DNA of 64,000 bases from an uncultured bacterium. Lineage in GTDB: Bacteria; Krumholzibacteriota; Krumholzibacteriia; JACNKJ01. Under the pieces are notes generated by a model. That model was not told the DNA's origin and made no database searches. It saw only the letters and a list, made by a program, of their open reading frames with translations. The position numbers and the translations under genes are program-made. The stretch covers positions 7,380-71,379 of the forward strand of contig CAYNQX010000015.1 of the NCBI GenBank assembly GCA_964399495.1, read 5' to 3'. Of this stretch, positions 27,154 through 37,936 are shown one piece after another. How positions within the stretch are numbered: the stretch's first letter is position 1; each line of letters starts with the position of its first letter.

Positions 27154-27243
27154 CTAACACGGTGTGATGCCGACATCAACAAAGATCACACAACCCGACA
27201 TCAGCAGCATCCCCAGAGCCAGCAAAGCCGTCGGCCGCCACAT
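27154..27243 (-). CDS. Putative 29-aa small lipopeptide
   Basis: GAGGAAGG RBS-like motif; MWRPTALLALGMLLMSGCVIFVDVGITPC with lipobox-like MSGC; below the ORF-track size cutoff. Confidence 0.4.
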   Translation of the reverse strand: MWRPTALLALGMLLMSGCVIFVDVGITPC

Positions 27244-27375
27244 TCGAACCACCTTCCTCGATCGACAGGGAGTGCATGACCCGGAAAACGGCCATGCTTT
27301 GAATTCTCACATCGAACCAGGCCTGCGAGCACCGGTTCCAGACGATCAACAGGGTGTTCGAATCGAACGGACGGC

Positions 27376-28437
27376 CTACCGAAGCAGCACCAGCTTCTCC
27401 GAACTCGAAACGCCCCCACTCACCAGACGCAGCAGGTAGAGCCCGCTCGGCAGGGTGTGCCCCGCTTCGTCCGTACCGTCCCATGTGAACTCGTGCCGAC
27501 CCTCCCCCAGTAGCCCCGACTGGAACACTCGCAGCAAGCGACCGTCGACGCCATGCACACTCAGGCGCGCTCGGCCCGCGGCCGGCATGGTCACGGGGAT
27601 CACGGTGTGCGGATTGAAGGGGTTCGGATGGGCGGCGAGCAGCCGCGGCTCCGCGATCGGCAGCTCTCCTGCCGCCACGGCGCCGAGTTCCGTCACGCCG
27701 ACCCCCGCGCACTGCAGCGCCAGGTGATCGTCGGGCGTGTCCGGGGCGTCGAGCTGCAGCCAGGCGATTACGCGGCAGTGATCCGGATCGAAGTTGAAGG
27801 GTCCCTCCGGGTCTGGCAGCACCGCGGACAGCAGGACCGAAGCTGTCTGGGGCGGCGCTCCGGCGAGATCCACCACGGTCCCCGCCCCGTCGGGCAGCAT
27901 GTCGAAGAGCTGGTGGTCGTGCCAGTCGACGCCGTTGATCGGGTAGTAGATCTCCGACTCGGTGAGGGCCACGTAGAGCCTGACGAGTCCGGGCGGCGGC
28001 TCCGTATCGGTGACCGCGGTCACCTGCAGTGTCAGCTCGCGCGACGAGGGATCCCAGGTGCCCCGGATCGACAGCGTGGCCGGCGAGGGCCAGCCCTTGT
28101 GCTGGTCGTATCGCCAGGCGAGGGTGGAATGATCCCCCATCCACAGGCCATCCATGCGGAAGGTCGGCGTGGCCAGGACGTCGTAGAACTCCTGGCGCAG
28201 CAGCACGTCTTCCGGGTCGATCAGGTTGAAGGGATCGAGGGGATAGGTCCAGCCGACGTGGTACTCCACGGCCTCCACGTCCGCATGGGCGGCAGCGAAC
28301 TCCGCCAGCGCCGTCTCCGACGACGGGCAGGTGTGTCAGGCGGTATGGGAGAACAGCTCCACGAACACGTTGCGCTCCGCCGCCTTCGCGGAGATCGACG
28401 CGGCGAGCAGGGCCGCGACGATCAGGACACGACGCAT
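27376..28437 (-). CDS. Candidate secreted selenoprotein: Omp28-like thioredoxin fold with UxxC and FlgD-Ig/T9SS-type C-terminal domain (353 aa)
   Basis: ORFs 28336-28533 and 27376-28278 are in the same frame, separated only by TGA at 28338-28336: signal peptide-AERNVFVELFSHTA-U-HTCPSSETAL...EYHVGW; tail HPNPFNPHT...WDGTDEAG..PSGLY...KLVLLR. Confidence 0.8.
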
Positions 28438-28584
28438 GATGAGCCCCTTTCGTCCCCCACAGTCTAGACGGCGACGGCGGGCAGGTCTAGCGATGGCCCC
28501 GATCCCGGCTCGAGCCCGGGCAGGCGCCGTCACCCGATGGGCGGGAAAAACGCGCCATCAGGTCGATTTCGACCACGATTGCCG

Positions 28585-28613
28585 TTGTCCAAACCCCCGG
28601 AAAGGAGTATCTT
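28585..28613 (+). promoter_or_regulatory. Sigma70-like promoter of the gap operon
   Basis: TTGTCC-N17-TATCTT, 70 nt upstream of ATG 28684. Confidence 0.55.
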
Positions 28614-28683
28614 CGCCGCAGCAAGGCAACATTGTTCGGTCGCCGAACAATCGTCCCTTTCCACTCAGCCAGAGAGGACAACC

Positions 28684-30701
<2,018 letters not shown>

Positions 30702-30729
30702 GGTAACATCGTTGACACGAATCACTTAG

Positions 30730-30756
30730 AACCCGCCGCATCCGCGGCGGGTTTTT
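30730..30756 (+). terminator. Intrinsic terminator of the gap operon
   Basis: AACCCGCCGC-ATCC-GCGGCGGGTT followed by TTT. Confidence 0.85.
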
Positions 30757-30893
30757 CATTTCCCCCTCAAGACGGGTCCCGATTCGTCCGATACGAACTT
30801 TGCAGGCACCCCGGCCTCATCGGGGCGGCGCACCCCTGGATAGGGCGACGCCGTTCGATGCAGGGATCCGGGGCCCGAGGAGGAGTTCACTTC

Positions 30894-31265
30894 ATGGCTA
30901 ACAGCATTCTGATCACCGACGATTCCCGCACCATGCGCACCATCATCCGCCGCGCGCTGCGTCAGGCCGGCTTCGAGCCCGAGAACGTCTTCGAGGCCGA
31001 GCACGGCAAAGCCGCCCTGGACACCCTGGAGAAGGAGTCCGTGGACATCATCTTCACCGACATCAACATGCCGGAGATGAACGGTCTCGACCTGATCAAG
31101 GCCGTCCGCGCCAGCGACAAGTGGGAGGGGATTCCCATCATCGTCATCAGCACCGAGTCCGCGGACGATTTCGTCCAGCAGGCCATGGCCGAGGGCGCCA
31201 ATGAGTTCCTCAGCAAGCCGTTCACGCCGGATCAGGTGAAAGAAAAACTCGCGGGGATCATCTAG
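30894..31265 (+). CDS. CheY-like single-domain response regulator
   Basis: ILITDD, IFTDINMPEMNG, IVISTE and FLSKPF motifs; AGGAGG RBS. Confidence 0.92.
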   Translation: MANSILITDDSRTMRTIIRRALRQAGFEPENVFEAEHGKAALDTLEKESVDIIFTDINMPEMNGLDLIKAVRASDKWEGIPIIVISTESADDFVQQAMAEGANEFLSKPFTPDQVKEKLAGII

Positions 31266-31278
31266 CCGGGAGCGCGTC

Positions 31279-31851
31279 ATGGAAACCACGCTGGAGCCGC
31301 TCGTCCGCGGCAAGGTGAACGATTTCGCGGTACGCACCTTCAAGCGACTCGCGGAAGACTTCCGCGTGCTGCTGCCCCATCCGATCGCCTTCATGGAGGG
31401 CGCCATGGTGAAGGCGGGCTGGAGCGCGCTGGTGAAGCACTACGGCCCCCTGGGCGTGCGCATTCAGGGCGAGGCGCCCAGCTTCGAGGGCGAGAAGTTC
31501 ACCTACTATCTCGACCAGCGGATGTCCTACCTCATGCCCGGCACCTTGCTGATGTTCCCGGATCCGATCCTGGTCGAGCTGGTGAAGAAGGGCGAATACA
31601 ACGAGGACCTGCAGGACGCCATCGGCGAGATCGGGAACAACCTGATCGGATCCCTCAAGCGCAGCATCGAGCCCTACGGCCTCGGCGACGATCTCGTGCA
31701 GGGCGAGACCGTCTGGGAGCCCGGCCTCATGGAGTCCGCCGATCCCGAGGCGGTGCACATCCGCGGCCTGTTCCGCTACCGCAAGGCGAAGATGATGATC
31801 GTGCTCACCCTGCCGCCCCTCCTCCTGTCCAAGTTCAAGGGCGCAGAGTAG
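31279..31851 (+). CDS. CheX/CheC-like phosphatase domain protein
   Basis: DAIGEIGNNLIG resembles the D-x2-GE-x2-N CheC/CheX motif; adjacent to the CheY-like gene. Confidence 0.55.
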   Translation: METTLEPLVRGKVNDFAVRTFKRLAEDFRVLLPHPIAFMEGAMVKAGWSALVKHYGPLGVRIQGEAPSFEGEKFTYYLDQRMSYLMPGTLLMFPDPILVELVKKGEYNEDLQDAIGEIGNNLIGSLKRSIEPYGLGDDLVQGETVWEPGLMESADPEAVHIRGLFRYRKAKMMIVLTLPPLLLSKFKGAE

Positions 31852-31876
31852 ACCGCTCCGAACGAGAGAAAAATAG

Positions 31877-31904
31877 GAAGAGCCGGGCCCGTGCCCGGCT
31901 CTTC
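31877..31904. terminator. Terminator hairpin between convergent operons
   Basis: GAAGAGCCGGGC-CCGT-GCCCGGCTCTTC perfect 12-bp stem; U-tract on the minus strand. Confidence 0.8.
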
Positions 31905-31957
31905 TCGTTTCGGGTCCGCCTTTGCTCCCCGCGCGGGTCGGACCCAATGTCGTGAGC

Positions 31958-33766
31958 CTAGGGATCGAGAAAGCTCCCCCGCCGCTTGGGCGTGAGCTCG
32001 GCCCTCTCGAAACTGCGCGCCGCCCAACGCCAGGCGGCGGCCGCAACCAGAACCAGGATCAACCCGAAGTAGATCCGCGCCCCGGGAATCGTCGAATCCA
32101 GGTGCCGCGCGAGCAGCTCCACGCCGCCCGAGAGCAGGTAGTCCTGGATGACCCCCGCCATCAGCAGCGCATAGACGCCGAGGTGAACCACCATCACCAG
32201 CACCAGGATCACGCCGAAGGCGACGTTGCGACGCGTATCCGAGTGCGCCGCGCGGAAGCCGCTGAAGTAGGGCGGCAGCAGAACCAGTGACAGCAAGGTG
32301 GCCAGGCCGAGCAGGATCAGGAACCAGGGCGCGCTGCGCTTCGAGCGCAGATCCGGATAGTGCTCGCGGATCGCGATGCGGTTTTCGCCCAGCACCATCT
32401 CGCTCCGCACGCGCAGCGCGCCGGCCCCGTCGACCCGCAGGTAACGTCGCTGCAGCTCCTCGTCCGGAAGCGCCACACCGTAGACGGCCTCGACCGCCCG
32501 GGCGAGCTGCCACGCGAAGAACTCGGGGCTGCAGCCGCTCGGCGCGCTGAAGGGCGAGTAGATCCGGGCGTCCAGGCCCTTCGCCAGCGGCGCGCTCCAG
32601 ACCTGATGGCTCTCGCCCCAGGGCGCGACGGCCGGCGGCGGCGCGCCGTCTCGAGCGATCTCGCAGACGAAGGTGGGCACCACGAGCATGTCCGCCTCTT
32701 CCGCCTGGAGCACGCGGAGACGCTCCTGGCGGAAACCGCCCAGGCGATGCGTCGTCTCGCCGATGACGTAGCCCACCGACAGCAGCAGGACGCAGGGCAG
32801 CATCAGAATGGCGAGGAGCCTCTGCCGCGACACGGGCAGCGCATCGAAGGGCGCGAGCAGCTGCAGGGGCTTGCCCACCATCGCGAAGATCATGTAGACG
32901 GTGATGGGCAGGAAGGTGAGCCGGATGGGCAGCAGGTCGGGAAACAGGCCGCCCAGCACCGCGCCGAAGAACAGCAGGAACAGATAGCCGAACAGCAGGG
33001 CGGCGAAGTGCTTGGCGGTGCCCGTGAGCACTGTGACGGCCAGCAGCAGGCCGCCGTGAACGCCGCCCTCCGTGTCGAAGGAGGCCGGCCGCGCGAGGGG
33101 CTGTCGCATCCCGGCCGTGGCGCCCGGAGCCTCCAGGGTGATCACCGCGGGCAGGCCGCGCCAGGTCCGCGCCAGCAGGATCAGCGCGGGAGCCAGGAGC
33201 AGCAGCGCCGACGCGGGCGGCCGTTGCGACAGCAGAAGAACCAGGGCGAGAACCACCAGCACCTGAAGCAAGCTGCCGGGCCAGTACCGCTTGCCGACCT
33301 CATCCCCCGCGCGATCCCGCCACGACGACTCCCGCCAGGCCACGAGCAGCAGCAGGCCGGCGGGCAACTGCAGCAGGCCGGAGACGCCGAGGACGGAATC
33401 GACGAGCCCCGCGTCGATTCTGTCCAGAAGCCGCAGCGCCCCGGAGATGATCCCCACGATGATCGCCAGGCTCACCATCCCCGCGATCGTCACGGCCGTC
33501 ACATGCGCCAGCCAGATCCTGCGCGCCGGAATCGGCAGGGTCAGGTCGAAGGCGGCGCAGCGGCGTCGATCGCGGTCGGTCAGGAAGAACAAGGTCACGA
33601 AGAACCAGGCCAGCGCGATGAGGATCTCCGGCGCGAGCTCCTGCCGCCTCGCCGCCGCGTAGGTGATGAGCCCCAGGCTCGCCGTGGCGGCGGCGATCAT
33701 CATCACGAGCCAGCGCGGCAGGCCGCGGAGGGCGTCGTGACGTCGGATCAGGGCGATAATCGACAT
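31958..33766 (-). CDS. Multi-pass membrane protein, probable ABC permease (paralog B)
   Basis: Many hydrophobic segments; extracytoplasmic APWGESH...AWQLARAVEAVYG segment shared with the 33774 gene; last gene of the ABC operon. Confidence 0.7.
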   Translation of the reverse strand: MSIIALIRRHDALRGLPRWLVMMIAAATASLGLITYAAARRQELAPEILIALAWFFVTLFFLTDRDRRRCAAFDLTLPIPARRIWLAHVTAVTIAGMVSLAIIVGIISGALRLLDRIDAGLVDSVLGVSGLLQLPAGLLLLVAWRESSWRDRAGDEVGKRYWPGSLLQVLVVLALVLLLSQRPPASALLLLAPALILLARTWRGLPAVITLEAPGATAGMRQPLARPASFDTEGGVHGGLLLAVTVLTGTAKHFAALLFGYLFLLFFGAVLGGLFPDLLPIRLTFLPITVYMIFAMVGKPLQLLAPFDALPVSRQRLLAILMLPCVLLLSVGYVIGETTHRLGGFRQERLRVLQAEEADMLVVPTFVCEIARDGAPPPAVAPWGESHQVWSAPLAKGLDARIYSPFSAPSGCSPEFFAWQLARAVEAVYGVALPDEELQRRYLRVDGAGALRVRSEMVLGENRIAIREHYPDLRSKRSAPWFLILLGLATLLSLVLLPPYFSGFRAAHSDTRRNVAFGVILVLVMVVHLGVYALLMAGVIQDYLLSGGVELLARHLDSTIPGARIYFGLILVLVAAAAWRWAARSFERAELTPKRRGSFLDP

Positions 33767-33773
33767 GGGGCTC

Positions 33774-35576
33774 CTAACTCTCGTACTCCACCAGGAAGAT
33801 GCGTTTGGGCATGGGCAGCTCGATGGCGTGGAAGATGCGCAGGATCAGGGCGTAACAACCCGCGGTCAGCAGGGCGTTCATCGCCCAGAGCCAGGGTGTC
33901 GTGAGGGCCGCCGGCAGGGCCTCGACCCAGCCCCGCAGGACCGTGGGCAGGAACACCTCCATGAACTCGAGTTCAGCCCAGCCAAGGATGTCGCCCAGCA
34001 GGACGAGGGTGGCCGCAAGCACCAGCAGCACGGTCGTGGCCGGCACGAACACCATGAACAGGCGTCGCGGACCGCGCGCCCGGTTCGCGGGGAGGGACAT
34101 CGCCACGAAGAAGGTGCCGAAGAGAATCATGAAGCTCGAGCCCAGGGCCAGGCAACGCGAGCGCAGCGGAGAGTCGAGTCCCCGTCCGGAGCTCCATCGT
34201 TTGCAATCCAGGCAGTCGACTACCTTGGCGTCGGGCTGCCAGGCCGATGCAAGCTCGGCGGGATCCGGCTCGCCGTAAACGGCCGCGCGCGCGCGCGCCA
34301 CCTGCCAGGCCGCGAATCGGTCGCTGCTCTTCTCGCCCCACGTGTAGGGGTTGTACACCGCCATCGACCAGCCCGCCACGAGTCGCTTCACCTCGGGTCG
34401 ATGACTCTCGCCCCAAGGGGCCGTCACGAGCTCGGCCTCACCGTTCGGCGCCCGCTCCCAGAACTCGGGCGGAACGTGCAGCTCCTCGTCGTAGAAGCGG
34501 ATCTGCGCGCCGCCAGGATTGATCGCCTGGGTGGCTCCCCATAGCATCGCCCCGACGCCGATGAGCAGCAGGAAGGGCACGATGCCGAAGGGCAGCAGCG
34601 CGCGACGCGGAATCGGCAGATGGTCGAAGCGCTGGACACGCGGAAGGCTGTAGGCCAGCAGCGCCCAGCACCAGACGAGGATGAACAGCAGGTAGGGCAT
34701 CACCGTGCGGCCCTCGTGGTAGGCCTCAATTACGGCCCAGCTGTAGAAGAGGACCGTGGGGAAGATGAGCCAATGGAGCGGGTTGTTCGTCACCATGCGG
34801 GTGATCACCCGGAATCGCAGCCAGCGCGCCGCGGCGGGCGTGTCCCTCGGAAGCTCTCCCAGGTTGCCGTGGTCGGCGGCACGGTGTGCGTCGCCGGTGA
34901 GCGGTTCGGGATCGGCCCCGTCCTCGAGCCGGGCCGAGACCAGGATGAAGCGGTTCGGCAGACGCAGGAAGAGCCAGGCATACAGAAGCATCGCCGCGCC
35001 GAAGACCGAGACGATGAGGGCCGTCCACGGTCGGGTGAAAAGGATCGCCATCAGCACCGCCGCCGCGAGCACGCTCGAGTAGACCACGTACCATGAATCG
35101 ATCTTCTGCTGCTGAAGACGCGGGCTGGGCAGCTGCAGGCAGACGGTGAGCAGCAGGAGCCAGGCCGCCTGGTGACTGCCCCAGGTCAAGGTGCCGATGT
35201 CCAGGAACGGTCGCCCGGCCGCGGGGAAGCGTAGGGCGAGGATCATCGTGAAGATCGCCAGGGGTAGCAGCCATCCCGCCACCACCATGACGGACCGTGA
35301 GAGCCACAGACGACGCGGGCTGAGCGGCAGCGAGAGATCGAGGCGGCGGCAACGCATCCAGTAGCCGCTCGCCACGAGCAGGAACAGCCAGAGCAGGATC
35401 GCGCAGATCGAGAGGATCATCGCTCCGACGTCGAGCCGGGCCGGAGCGTCGAGGCCCAGCTCCTGCGGCATCTGAGACAGGATGAAGCGCAGAAGCAACC
35501 CCATGAAGATGGGGAGCAGGATCGTAATCCTGAAGGTGGTCAGCACCGGGTCCTGTCTCAGCAGCGTGAGGTTCAC
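33774..35576 (-). CDS. Multi-pass membrane protein, probable ABC permease (paralog A)
   Basis: Hydrophobic segments, DLSLPLSPRRLWL, APWGESH...AWQVARARAAVYG; coupled to the ATPase gene. Confidence 0.7.
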   Translation of the reverse strand: MNLTLLRQDPVLTTFRITILLPIFMGLLLRFILSQMPQELGLDAPARLDVGAMILSICAILLWLFLLVASGYWMRCRRLDLSLPLSPRRLWLSRSVMVVAGWLLPLAIFTMILALRFPAAGRPFLDIGTLTWGSHQAAWLLLLTVCLQLPSPRLQQQKIDSWYVVYSSVLAAAVLMAILFTRPWTALIVSVFGAAMLLYAWLFLRLPNRFILVSARLEDGADPEPLTGDAHRAADHGNLGELPRDTPAAARWLRFRVITRMVTNNPLHWLIFPTVLFYSWAVIEAYHEGRTVMPYLLFILVWCWALLAYSLPRVQRFDHLPIPRRALLPFGIVPFLLLIGVGAMLWGATQAINPGGAQIRFYDEELHVPPEFWERAPNGEAELVTAPWGESHRPEVKRLVAGWSMAVYNPYTWGEKSSDRFAAWQVARARAAVYGEPDPAELASAWQPDAKVVDCLDCKRWSSGRGLDSPLRSRCLALGSSFMILFGTFFVAMSLPANRARGPRRLFMVFVPATTVLLVLAATLVLLGDILGWAELEFMEVFLPTVLRGWVEALPAALTTPWLWAMNALLTAGCYALILRIFHAIELPMPKRIFLVEYES

Positions 35577-36472
35577 GCCCGTCCTCCCACCAGTTCCACG
35601 AACATCTCCTCCAGGGGAATGCTCTGGCTGCGCACGGCCGTCACGCCCAGCTCCCGCTCCACGAGCGAGCGGCTATCGTCGGGGCCGAGCTGGAAGATGG
35701 CGTGCAGGCTCTCGCCGCGGTCGCGCAGGGCGAAGCAGTGCGGCAATGCGCGCACGCGGTCGCGGTCGATCTCGCCGTTCCCCGGCAACAGCACCAGGGA
35801 GAAGCTCTCGCGCAGCTCGTCGAGGGAGTGGTTCAGAAGCACCTTCGCCTCGTGCAACATCACCACGCGGCCGGCCATGCGCTCCACGTCGGCCATGTGG
35901 TGGGACGAGAAGAGAATCGTGGTGCCCGACTCGTCGTTGAGCAGCTGGATCGCCGTTTCCAGGAACTCGCGGCGCACGGAAGGGTCGAGGCCGCCGGCGG
36001 GCTCGTCGAGCACGAGCAGCTCCGGCCGGTGGGCCACGGCGCAGAGCAGGGCCACCTGCCGCGCCTGGCCTTTGCTCAGCGTCTTGATCTTGGCGCCGGG
36101 ATCGATGTTGAAGCGTTCGCCCAGACCGCGCGCGAGCTCCTCGTCCCAGCCGGGGAAGAGGCCGCGGTGCAGGCGCACGACGTCGCGCACGCGCAGGAAC
36201 TCGGGCAGGATCTGGTCCTCCGACACGTAGCCGATGCGCTTCTTCACCTCCACCGGCTTCTCGCGCGGGTCCATGCCGAACACGTTCACGCAGCCGGCCT
36301 GGGGCTCGAGCATGCCCATGGCGATGCGCAGCAGCGTCGTCTTGCCCGCGCCGTTGGCGCCGAGCAGCCCCACCACCTCGCCGCGCGCAACGCCGAAGCT
36401 CACGCCGTCGAGCACCTTGACGCCCTTGCGGTAGGCGCGGTCGATTCCTTCGAAGTTCACGATCTGCATCAC
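35573..36472 (-). CDS. ABC transporter ATP-binding protein
   Basis: Walker A GANGAGKTT, signature LSKGQ, Walker B LLVLDEP, H-loop SSH. Confidence 0.95.
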   Translation of the reverse strand: MMQIVNFEGIDRAYRKGVKVLDGVSFGVARGEVVGLLGANGAGKTTLLRIAMGMLEPQAGCVNVFGMDPREKPVEVKKRIGYVSEDQILPEFLRVRDVVRLHRGLFPGWDEELARGLGERFNIDPGAKIKTLSKGQARQVALLCAVAHRPELLVLDEPAGGLDPSVRREFLETAIQLLNDESGTTILFSSHHMADVERMAGRVVMLHEAKVLLNHSLDELRESFSLVLLPGNGEIDRDRVRALPHCFALRDRGESLHAIFQLGPDDSRSLVERELGVTAVRSQSIPLEEMFVELVGGRA

Positions 36473-36867
36473 TCGCTCTCACTTTCTTCGGATCCGTCGA
36501 GCATGGCCCGGAAGGTTTCCAGGGCCCGCTCGGGATCGATGCCGAGCTGCCGCACCATGGTGACGGTGCCCGCGAGGCTCTCGGTAAGCTGCTCGACCTT
36601 GCGGTCCTCGCTCTCGGTCTCGGCCACGGCCTTCACGACGAGGGGGCGGCCGGGCCTGCGCTCGACCACGCCCTCCTTCTCCAGATAGCTGTAGGCCTTG
36701 CTGATGGTCATCGGGTTCACGCCGAGTTCGGCGGACAGCGCGCGGGTGGAGGGAAGCTCGTCGCCGGGCGCCAGCAGCCCGCTGGTCACGTGGAACTTCA
36801 CCTGGTCCATGAGCTGCCGGTAAACCGGCACTCCGCTGCCCGGATCGACGACGATCAGCACGCCCAC
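36469..36867 (-). CDS. GntR-family regulator, YtrA subfamily
   Basis: PVYRQLMDQ, LAPGDELPSTRALS..LGVNPMTISKAY; short C-terminus; upstream of ABC genes. Confidence 0.92.
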   Translation of the reverse strand: MGVLIVVDPGSGVPVYRQLMDQVKFHVTSGLLAPGDELPSTRALSAELGVNPMTISKAYSYLEKEGVVERRPGRPLVVKAVAETESEDRKVEQLTESLAGTVTMVRQLGIDPERALETFRAMLDGSEESESE

Positions 36868-36871
36868 GCGA

Positions 36872-37240
36872 TCACGCTCCCTGCCGCCAGGCGGCGGCGT
36901 GGCCGGCGCGGTCGTTCTCGCCGACGATACCGTTCTCGATCAGGGTCAGGAGCACGTCCACCACGATGCGCAGCACGCGCACGCGACGGCTCAGCTTGTC
37001 GCGGATACCCAGCAGGTCCTGACGCTCCGGCGCCTGCTCGCTGCTGTCCGCCTCGCTGATGCGCGGAGCGGCGGGCTCGTCGTCCCGCGGGGGATCGACC
37101 TCGTCGGCGGCCTGCAGCAGGAGCAGGGTGTCCACCTCGGTGGCCAGGTCATCCTGGCCGCCGAAGGCGGGAAGGAGCAGGAAGGCCAGGCAGGCCGTCA
37201 GGATCATTGCGCCGAGGATCGTCTTGCCGTTCATGTTCAA
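36872..37240 (-). CDS. Small secreted hypothetical protein
   Basis: Signal-peptide-like N-terminus, GAGGA RBS, first gene of the operon. Confidence 0.6.
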   Translation of the reverse strand: MNMNGKTILGAMILTACLAFLLLPAFGGQDDLATEVDTLLLLQAADEVDPPRDDEPAAPRISEADSSEQAPERQDLLGIRDKLSRRVRVLRIVVDVLLTLIENGIVGENDRAGHAAAWRQGA

Positions 37241-37275
37241 GTCCTCTTGCTGGTCCGGTGGGCCCGGACATCCAC

Positions 37276-37334
37276 GTGCATTATCACTCTAATACACTCG
37301 GCACAAACTTACACTGCCTTAGTGTATATGTCAA
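37276..37334 (-). promoter_or_regulatory. Sigma70 promoter with two GntR/YtrA-type inverted repeats
   Basis: Minus strand TTGACA (37334-37329)-N17-TAAGTT (37311-37306); inverted repeats GTGCATTA-N6-TAATACAC (37276-37297) and TACACT-N5-AGTGTA (37310-37326). Confidence 0.75.
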
Positions 37335-37408
37335 GTAATGCACCTGATTTTTCTTAAACGCTTGAAAACAAGTGCCTTGGAGTGGAGAGTATTGGGCGGA
37401 GGTGCATC

Positions 37409-37915
37409 ATGGCGGAGCTCGACACACGCATCACGCGCATCCTGGAGGCCGCCGAGGTGCCCTTTCGGGTGCTGCCCCACACTTGTGAAGTCTTCACCGT
37501 CGCGGACGCCGCCGCCGAGCGCGGGGTGGATCCGGCCGCCATGGTGAAGTCGATCCTGCTCGTGGACGAGAAGGGCCGCCTCGTCATGGCCTGCCTGCCC
37601 GGAACCGCCCGGCTGGACTATCGCCGGGTGCAGGAACTCATGGGACCGGGCTGGCGTCGGCTCCACTTCGTCGGCGCGGAGAAGGTGGAGGCCGTCACCG
37701 GCTGCCGCGTCGGCGCCGTGACGCCCCTCGGCCTGCCCGACGGGATCCCGATCCTGATCGACGAGACCCTCGTCGCGCTCGAGCGCGTGAACATCAGCAG
37801 CGGAGATCCGATGGCGGGGCTGGAACTCGACCCGGCCGACCTGCTGCGCCTGTCCGGCGCGCGCGTCGTGGACCTATCGAATCCTGGTCAAGACACGGCA
37901 ACCGATCTAGGCTAA
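37409..37915 (+). CDS. YbaK/EbsC aminoacyl-tRNA editing-domain protein
   Basis: AMVKSILL, TGCRVGAVTPLG, ILIDE and NISSG motifs. Confidence 0.85.
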   Translation: MAELDTRITRILEAAEVPFRVLPHTCEVFTVADAAAERGVDPAAMVKSILLVDEKGRLVMACLPGTARLDYRRVQELMGPGWRRLHFVGAEKVEAVTGCRVGAVTPLGLPDGIPILIDETLVALERVNISSGDPMAGLELDPADLLRLSGARVVDLSNPGQDTATDLG

Positions 37916-37936
37916 CGGTAGCCCGGAGGTGGAAGG

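Noticed and set aside
27073-27243. TAG read-through joining the 29-aa ORF to the 26371-27072 frame
   Set aside because: The intervening translation is shadow-like and a better lipoprotein start exists at 27077; the shared frame is probably chance.
27356-27368. GTTCGAATC resembling a tRNA T-loop near the selenoprotein candidate
   Set aside because: No T-stem, acceptor stem or cloverleaf; only a short palindrome.
34284-34298. (CG)n dinucleotide run
   Set aside because: Encodes ARARA within a segment conserved between the two permeases; expected at this GC content.
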